NCBI GenBank assembly: GCA_029937645.1
Contig: JAPYPO010000005.1
Coordinates: 1 to 33,198 of the forward strand
Reading direction: 5' to 3'
Length of the DNA stretch: 33,198 nt
Source: Candidatus Hydrogenedentota bacterium
GTDB lineage: Bacteria; Hydrogenedentota; Hydrogenedentia; Hydrogenedentales; GCA-2746185
Part shown: piece by piece, positions 27,466-33,198 of the stretch
Numbering within the stretch: the stretch's first letter is position 1
Layout: the number at the start of each line of letters is the position of its first letter
The notes under the pieces: generated by a model
The model's database searches: none
What the model was told of the DNA's origin: nothing
Seen by the model: only the letters and a program-made list of their open reading frames with translations
Made by a program: the position numbers and the translations under genes

Positions 27466-28897
27466 AAAACGCAAATTGGAATCGCGTCTGCAGGATGTCA
27501 ACAGCGCCGTCGTACAGGGGATGATCCACGTTCGCGCGGACGTAGTTGAGCATCCACCGCGTGTTCGGATTCAGATACCAATTGACGCCTACGGTAACGT
27601 TGTCTTCCTCACCGCCATGGATGCCGGAATCATTTAGGTCGAGGGATGAATACCGCAGGGTCAGTTCCCAAGCGCCCCAGCCTCTATTTTCGGGCGACAG
27701 CGAGAAATTCCGGTTTGGACGAATGGAACCGAAGGCGCCTGACGTGGTGCTGTATCGCCGGTTCTCCCCCGTGAGGACGTAGCTGCCAAACACGTAATAT
27801 CCATCCAGATTCACATCGCCATGACGGCGGGTATCGATGTTCGACGCTATGTACTCCGCTTGCAGCGAAAGCGGCCCGTAGACCAGCGCCGCTTCGAGAG
27901 AGTACCTATCTTCATCTTCCGCGTAGAACAAACCTGTATCGACAAAGCGCACATTGGAAAGGTGGGCTTCCGGCCGCTGGCGCACGCGTATAAACGCGTC
28001 CGGATTCCGATGGCTGTAGCTTAGGCCCAGGTGCGCGAGCCTCCGCCCGTCTTCCTCATACCACGGCAGCCCGGTCACGCGGGCCGTCAGGCTGTAATTT
28101 CCGTCACCGGAGCCGTCGCCGTAGGAGTCGGTATCACGAAAAACGCCTGCGGCCCAGGTCAGGCGCTTGTTTAGCGCCGTGTTCGCCACGCCGAGCCCCG
28201 TGTTGCGTTTTGGTGAAAACACATCCGAGAGCGCCCGTTCCAAGAAGGTGATATTGTTGTCACTCGTTAATTGGTTCAGGCTGAAGGGCTCTTTGAAATG
28301 GCCGACCTTCACCTTGCCGACCACCGGCACATCCCGCATGGCGATAAAGACATCCTTGAAATCGGTGTCGCCATCCGTGAAGTCAACCTGTATCTTGAAC
28401 TCGAGGTCATCATAGGCCTGACCCGAAATATCGAAGTAGCCCCGGCGGAATTCCGCGCCATCCTCCAAGTCATTCGAAAACGCCGCACCGAGCAACGGGT
28501 TCCACAACAACTTTAGATCGTCGTCCTCATCGAACCATGCCCAGTCCTGTTGAATACGCCCGCCCAGGCGCAACTTAAAACGACCGTCGTTCGTTTCAAA
28601 GCGTAGGCTGTTATTCCAAAACACGCGGAAATCGCTGGCGACCGCTTCCTGGGTCTCCTCGGCCTCCTCCTCCAACTGCGTGACCCGCTCGTCCAGCTTC
28701 GGCGAGCCTGCCGAATCGGCTTTCAGGCGCTCCAGCTCCGATTCCAACGCACCGATGCGCGCGTTAAACGTCTCAACAATCGCTTGCATCTCACGCTGTA
28801 ACGCTTCGACATCCGCCTCCTGCGCCGATGCGGTCGCACAAACTACGAGGCCCGCAAGGAAACCTACGCAAGCTTTTGACCCTAAGAAATAATGCAT
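27464..28897 (-). CDS. OprO/OprP-family anion/phosphate-selective porin
   Basis: Signal peptide, coiled coil, GGRIQ.D, EFRR, GHFKEPFSL..LTS...TFLERA, GAWEL..RYS.LDL.D, GVNWYLN, terminal F. Confidence 0.9.
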   Translation of the reverse strand: MHYFLGSKACVGFLAGLVVCATASAQEADVEALQREMQAIVETFNARIGALESELERLKADSAGSPKLDERVTQLEEEAEETQEAVASDFRVFWNNSLRFETNDGRFKLRLGGRIQQDWAWFDEDDDLKLLWNPLLGAAFSNDLEDGAEFRRGYFDISGQAYDDLEFKIQVDFTDGDTDFKDVFIAMRDVPVVGKVKVGHFKEPFSLNQLTSDNNITFLERALSDVFSPKRNTGLGVANTALNKRLTWAAGVFRDTDSYGDGSGDGNYSLTARVTGLPWYEEDGRRLAHLGLSYSHRNPDAFIRVRQRPEAHLSNVRFVDTGLFYAEDEDRYSLEAALVYGPLSLQAEYIASNIDTRRHGDVNLDGYYVFGSYVLTGENRRYSTTSGAFGSIRPNRNFSLSPENRGWGAWELTLRYSSLDLNDSGIHGGEEDNVTVGVNWYLNPNTRWMLNYVRANVDHPLYDGAVDILQTRFQFAF

Positions 28898-28933
28898 GTC
28901 CCGCCCTTCTAGTCTCACTGCTCGTTATTCATG

Positions 28934-29292
28934 GGTGCAGTTCTGTTGCTACCGCTGAAATTTTTAGAAACCATTCTTTGCCATTATCCTTCGGTGGTTT
29001 ACGCTGAAAGCGTTAAATTCCTCAGCCCAGGGTTCGCGAAGCGTACCCAGGGTCAAGGAAATCCAAAATATGTACCCTGAAAGGGTTCAACGTTACGGTG
29101 TAACCCTTTCAGGGTACATATTTTGGGCTGCTTTCTCAACCCAGGGTGGCGCGCTTCGCGCTGACCCTGGGCTGAGGAATTTAACGCTTTCAGCGTAAAC
29201 TGCCAAGCCCTCGACACTGCCAAGCCCCTTGTGCGGTCTAAATATGTACTCTCCCGCCATGGTCTCTGAAGCGGTAATGGCAGACCTTCACC
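28934..29292 (-). mobile_element. MITE-like element, copy B (359 bp) with nested REPIN-like palindrome
   Basis: Ends ggtgcagttctgttgctaccgct and (reverse strand) ggtgaaggtctgccattaccgct match 17/23. Flanks homologous to 18023-18198. Confidence 0.7.
28997..29200. repeat. 204-bp REPIN-like nested palindrome
   Basis: Perfect 37-bp outer IR (28997-29033 / 29164-29200) and perfect 25-bp inner IR (29063-29087 / 29102-29126); arms contain acgctgaaagcgt and accctgaaagggt hairpins. Confidence 0.9.
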
Positions 29293-29352
29293 ATTATTTA
29301 ATTTTAGAGATAATCCGCAAACCACTGATCATTACCTTCATTCATGCGCAGT

Positions 29353-30258
29353 TTAAAACCCCACCGTGATTTTTAGCCCCGCGCCGAATTCTGGCGTCTG
29401 GTCGCGGTTATCGAGTCCGATTAGGATTCCGGGGCCCAAGACGAGATGATCGTTGACCTCGTACTGGGCGGCGAACTCAAGAATGCTCGATTCTTTTTGG
29501 CCGAATTCCTCGCTGCCTTTGAATATGTAATTTCCATACAAGGCGAATCGCTCGGAAACGCGCCACTTATACCCAAGCTGAGCGCCCCAGATGAAGTCGC
29601 GTAACGCATCATCTTCCACATCGAGGGGCACCGTACCCCAGGCGCTAAGATACACGGTTCCGGGTCCTAGATCCTTGTCGAGAATGCCGGTCAGGGTTGC
29701 ATCGGCGCCCGTGGAACCGTTGCCCGTGGGAAGACGCACCGAGAATAGGGTCGCGAGCGTGGGAACCTTTCCCGCTTCGACATGCCAGCGCTGTTGCCAA
29801 TTCAATTCTGCGTCGCCATTACCATCAACGCTGCCGTTCCCGATTTCCGATCCCTGCGTCAAGGAGAGTTTCATGTTGTCTCGGAAGGTACTGCCCTCTC
29901 CCGTGTATTTCATCTCGTACTCTGCTTCGAAGATATCCTCAAATACCGTGCGCGTTTCGGGCATCTCCGAGTCCATTGTCAGCCGCTCAAGAGGCCCCGC
30001 CGCGTCCCCCTCCATCATGGGAGATTTAAACCGGCGTTCGATCTCTTTATCCGTGCGCTCTTTTTGCCAACCAAGTGTGATGGCAAGTTCCCACGATCCA
30101 GGGTCGCCGGGCTGACCGTCTTCGATGGAGATGAAGGCGTCGACCGATTGGCGGCCGGCCACGTCGTCATCCGATTCCTCTCCGAAAGCCCCGAAGGAAA
30201 AAAAGACGCCAAGGCCCGCGAACGCTGAAATTAGGATGGGGAGTGTTCTTGGACGCAT
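29353..30258 (-). CDS. Outer-membrane beta-barrel protein of unknown substrate (MetA-pathway/transporter-like)
   Basis: Signal peptide; EDG.P..PG.WEL, G.GD, VRLPTG, alternating beta strands, C-terminal F. Confidence 0.7.
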   Translation of the reverse strand: MRPRTLPILISAFAGLGVFFSFGAFGEESDDDVAGRQSVDAFISIEDGQPGDPGSWELAITLGWQKERTDKEIERRFKSPMMEGDAAGPLERLTMDSEMPETRTVFEDIFEAEYEMKYTGEGSTFRDNMKLSLTQGSEIGNGSVDGNGDAELNWQQRWHVEAGKVPTLATLFSVRLPTGNGSTGADATLTGILDKDLGPGTVYLSAWGTVPLDVEDDALRDFIWGAQLGYKWRVSERFALYGNYIFKGSEEFGQKESSILEFAAQYEVNDHLVLGPGILIGLDNRDQTPEFGAGLKITVGF

Positions 30259-30426
30259 GATCGCATTCCTTTGTAAGCCATGTTGGGAAAGTCGCAGCAG
30301 TCGGGCAAGAATTTAACGGACTTTGCTCTTGACTGTCAACCTGCGCGCTAAAGACTACTCGTCAGCCAAGCGCATCACTGGGTGCCCGCCATCACCCTGG
30401 CCAGTCTCCATTTCGCAAGAAACTTC

Positions 30427-30470
30427 TTGACACCTGATTAAACGTTCAGTATACTACTGGATGAACGTGG
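30427..30470 (+). promoter_or_regulatory. Near-consensus sigma70 promoter with overlapping palindromic operator-like sites
   Basis: TTGACA (30427-30432), 17 nt, TATACT (30450-30455); CTGA-N8-TCAG in the spacer; acgttca...tgaacgt spanning the -10. Confidence 0.75.
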
Positions 30471-30537
30471 ACGGAATTGTCCTGCCCGGCCTCTTTAGCC
30501 GGGACTCCGCTCATGGAAGCGCATGAGGTGTTGCGTG

Positions 30538-33144
30538 ATGAAAATGGATGGATTGATTCGCTATGGAGCGCCTGTGGAAGTCATCGGGCTGTGGAAAAAA
30601 CAGGAGAGTCAGGCCTTGCTGCCGCTGCAAGAGTTGGCCGTGAAGCGGTACGACTTATTCGGGGGCGGCAACCTTCTGATTCAGGCGCCCACCTCGTCGG
30701 GCAAGACCTTCATCGGTGAGATGGCCGCTGTGGAGACGGCGCTGCGGCGCAAGAAGGTGGTGTATTTGGTGCCGTTAAAGGCGCTGGCGGAAGAGAAGTA
30801 CCAGTCGTTTCGGGAAAAGTATGAAGCCTACGGCCTCAAAGTGATTGTGTCGTCGCGTGACCACCGAGAGTTTGATGCGGAATTGGAAAGCGGCGATTTT
30901 TCAATGGCCGTCGTGGTGTATGAAAAACTCTCGCAATTGTTGGTTCGGCGCCCGGAGCGGCTGCAAGAAATCGAGCTGATTATCGCGGATGAATTGGAGC
31001 TGCTCTCGGACCCGGAGCGCGGCGGCGGGTTGGAACTGCTGCTGACGCGCATATTGCTCTCGGGTACGCGGCTGATTGGATTGTCGGCGGTGATCGGGCA
31101 AGCGGAGAAGCTGGCCAAGTGGATGGAAGCGAAGCTGGTATTGCATGAGCAACGTCCCGTGGAGTTGCGCTACGGGGTGCTCTACAACGGGGTCTTCCGC
31201 TACCGAACCTATAACGCCTATTCGGAGGGCGAAGAAACCCTCAGCGATCAGGGCGCGGAATCATCGTGGGAAGTCTTGGCACAAAATGTCGCTTCCTTTT
31301 CGGAGGCCGGCGAAACGTGTTTAGTTTTCGTAAAGTCAAAACAGGAATCGCGGAGGGGCGCGCAAGCGCTAGCGGATTGCATCGACGGCCCTCCCGCGCG
31401 CGAGGCGATCGAGGCGCTGCGGGCCTTGGAGCCGACACGCTCGCGGGAGGGGCTGATCGATGCGCTGGAGCGGGGCGTCGGCTTCCACAACGCCGACCTG
31501 ACCCCCGACGAGCGCAAGGCCATTGAGGCAGCCTTCCGCTCTGGGGAAATCCGGGTGATGGTCTCGACGAGCACCCTCGCCGTGGGACTCAACATGCCGG
31601 CGCGCAATGTGTTCATCACGGCGGATAAATGGCGCTATGATGCGCGCTTCGGTATGCCATGGAAGGCGCCGATCATGCGCGCGGAATACGAAAATATGGG
31701 GGGCCGCGCCGGGCGCTATGGCCAAGGTCACGCGTTCGGCCGCTCGATTCTGATCGCGGACACCGCCTTCGACGCGGAAACGCTATGGCGCCGCTACATC
31801 GAAGGGGAACGCGAAGGCATCGAACCGTGTCTGTCGAAGGAACCGCTCGAAAACTATGTGCTGCAGCTGGTCGCATCGCGGTGTTGCCGGACGGAAGACG
31901 AGCTGTTAGATTTCTTGGAAAACACGCTGACGGGTGAGTGGGTGTGGCGCGAAATGTACGCCCTGGAGGAAGTCGAGCTGTTGATCCGCAGCGCGATCAA
32001 CCGCGCCGCAGATACCGGCATGGTCGCTCGGGCAGGCGAAGGAACCCTGGAGGCCACGCCGCTCGGGCGCGCCGTAGCGGCCAAGGGGATCTCGATCGCG
32101 ACCGCCTTGGAATTGGAACAGTGGATCAACGAATCGGAATCCCGGGTCTGGAGCGATCTTGACCTCATCGTCGCGGCGGCGACGACGCCGGACGGGCGTG
32201 TGCCGGCGGTGACGCTCACCTCGGAAGAATATGCGAGGGCCGCCTATGTCGATCGGCTGAGGCGGGCCGCCGAGGGCGAAGACGATTCCGCGGATGTCCC
32301 GCTCAACCGAATTCGAAAGGGGCACCTGACACCCTTCTTCGAAGAGGTCCGTGCTATAAAAATTGCGCTACTTCTCCGGCAATGGATCGATCAGCAACCG
32401 GTCCACGACTTGGAGCAAGAATTTGAAACCATGTCCGGCCAGATTCTCGCGGCCGCGCATCAAATTAGCTGGCTCACCGATGCCACTGCCTCCATCGCCA
32501 GAGCGTTGGGCGCTTCGGAAGCGTTCACGGAACGCATCCGTGTGTTGTCGCAACGCGCGCAAACCGGGCTATTGGAAGAAGCACTTCCCCTGGGCCACTT
32601 GAACGAACCCAAACTATCGCGGCCGGCCATCTGCGCGCTGGTGGGCCATGGACTCCATCGCACGCGCGCTCTCGCGACCGCGCCGACGGAGGTGTTGGCC
32701 CAATGGATCTCGAAAAAAGACGCACGCGCGCTCATCTCGTGGGCAAAGAAAAAGGTCAAGACCGAGAACAAGGGCGCGCCCCACGCAGAACGTGAAGCAA
32801 CCGCCACCCCAGTATTAATCGTAGACGACCGGGTTCCCGGCCAGATACTCCTGGATGGCGCGGTGGTTCGGTTGCAAGAAAAGCAGTATTTACTGATACA
32901 CGCGCTGGCGGAATTTCCCGGTGAGTGCGTGCCGTATGACGCGATTTATGATGCCGTTTGGGGAGACGCGATTGTCGAGAACAATCAGAGGCATTTTCAA
33001 AAGCGAAAACTACTGGATCGGATCAAGACCGCGGCTCCACACTATGCCGACCTGGTGAAAACGGTTCCGAAAAGGGGCTTCATTCTAAATCTGGCCCCGG
33101 CGCAAGTCGAACGAAAACGGGCCACTGTGTCGAGTGCCGCGTAG
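30538..33144 (+). CDS. Hel308/Ski2-like SF2 helicase fused to a C-terminal OmpR/PhoB-type winged-helix domain
   Basis: L.P.Q, APTSSGKT, VPLKALAEEK, IADELE, GLSA, RPVEL, GFHNADL, STSTLAVGLNMPA, NMGGRAGR, ATPLG; C-terminal L.EKQY.L..ALA..PG..V....I...VWG...V.TVPKRGF.L. GAGGTG RBS before ATG 30538. Confidence 0.88.
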   Translation: MKMDGLIRYGAPVEVIGLWKKQESQALLPLQELAVKRYDLFGGGNLLIQAPTSSGKTFIGEMAAVETALRRKKVVYLVPLKALAEEKYQSFREKYEAYGLKVIVSSRDHREFDAELESGDFSMAVVVYEKLSQLLVRRPERLQEIELIIADELELLSDPERGGGLELLLTRILLSGTRLIGLSAVIGQAEKLAKWMEAKLVLHEQRPVELRYGVLYNGVFRYRTYNAYSEGEETLSDQGAESSWEVLAQNVASFSEAGETCLVFVKSKQESRRGAQALADCIDGPPAREAIEALRALEPTRSREGLIDALERGVGFHNADLTPDERKAIEAAFRSGEIRVMVSTSTLAVGLNMPARNVFITADKWRYDARFGMPWKAPIMRAEYENMGGRAGRYGQGHAFGRSILIADTAFDAETLWRRYIEGEREGIEPCLSKEPLENYVLQLVASRCCRTEDELLDFLENTLTGEWVWREMYALEEVELLIRSAINRAADTGMVARAGEGTLEATPLGRAVAAKGISIATALELEQWINESESRVWSDLDLIVAAATTPDGRVPAVTLTSEEYARAAYVDRLRRAAEGEDDSADVPLNRIRKGHLTPFFEEVRAIKIALLLRQWIDQQPVHDLEQEFETMSGQILAAAHQISWLTDATASIARALGASEAFTERIRVLSQRAQTGLLEEALPLGHLNEPKLSRPAICALVGHGLHRTRALATAPTEVLAQWISKKDARALISWAKKKVKTENKGAPHAEREATATPVLIVDDRVPGQILLDGAVVRLQEKQYLLIHALAEFPGECVPYDAIYDAVWGDAIVENNQRHFQKRKLLDRIKTAAPHYADLVKTVPKRGFILNLAPAQVERKRATVSSAA

Positions 33145-33198
33145 CCCGGTCGCCCAGCGAAAGAACCCGAATCGAAAGCCCCTCCCTCGATGCTGAGG

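Noticed and set aside
29053-29325. 90-aa ORF in the porin upstream region
   Set aside because: Lies across the REPIN/MITE and has no transposase motifs.
28898-29352. Pho box upstream of the OprO/P porin
   Set aside because: No CTGTCAT-type 11-bp-period direct repeat seen; phosphate regulation cannot be supported.
27113-33144. Prophage or ICE linking the primase zinc finger and the helicase
   Set aside because: No integrase, att sites or structural genes; intervening genes are outer-membrane proteins.

Overview
GC-rich bacterial chromosomal window of mostly core and metabolic genes. Left to right: a GspM-like gene end, LOG-family protein, msrP, an HTH-REC response regulator, a ResB-like membrane protein, a translationally coupled mesaconyl-CoA hydratase / methylsuccinyl-CoA dehydrogenase pair (mch-mcd, ethylmalonyl-CoA-type), Tat-exported M19 dipeptidase, stand-alone nDsbD lipoprotein, HD hydrolase, fused 5-oxoprolinase, folD, truA, bamD-lptE-holA, tatA (missing from the ORF track), glpF-glpK, M42 peptidase, MOSC protein, a stand-alone primase-type zinc finger, an OprO/P porin and another outer-membrane protein. 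Most notable: (1) at the right end, an archaeal Hel308/Ski2-like helicase with altered motifs (DELE, NxxGRAGR, no RAR brake) fused to a C-terminal OmpR/PhoB-type winged helix, behind a near-consensus sigma70 promoter overlapped by palindromic operator-like sites; (2) a non-coding MITE-like element present twice (about 18.0-18.2 kb and, inverted, 28.9-29.3 kb) that carries a nested REPIN-like palindrome, intact in one copy and deleted in the other; (3) several distinct intergenic REP-like palindrome families with no transposase in the window. No rRNA, tRNA or CRISPR array was recognised. All calls come from reading motifs by eye; identity counts are hand alignments.
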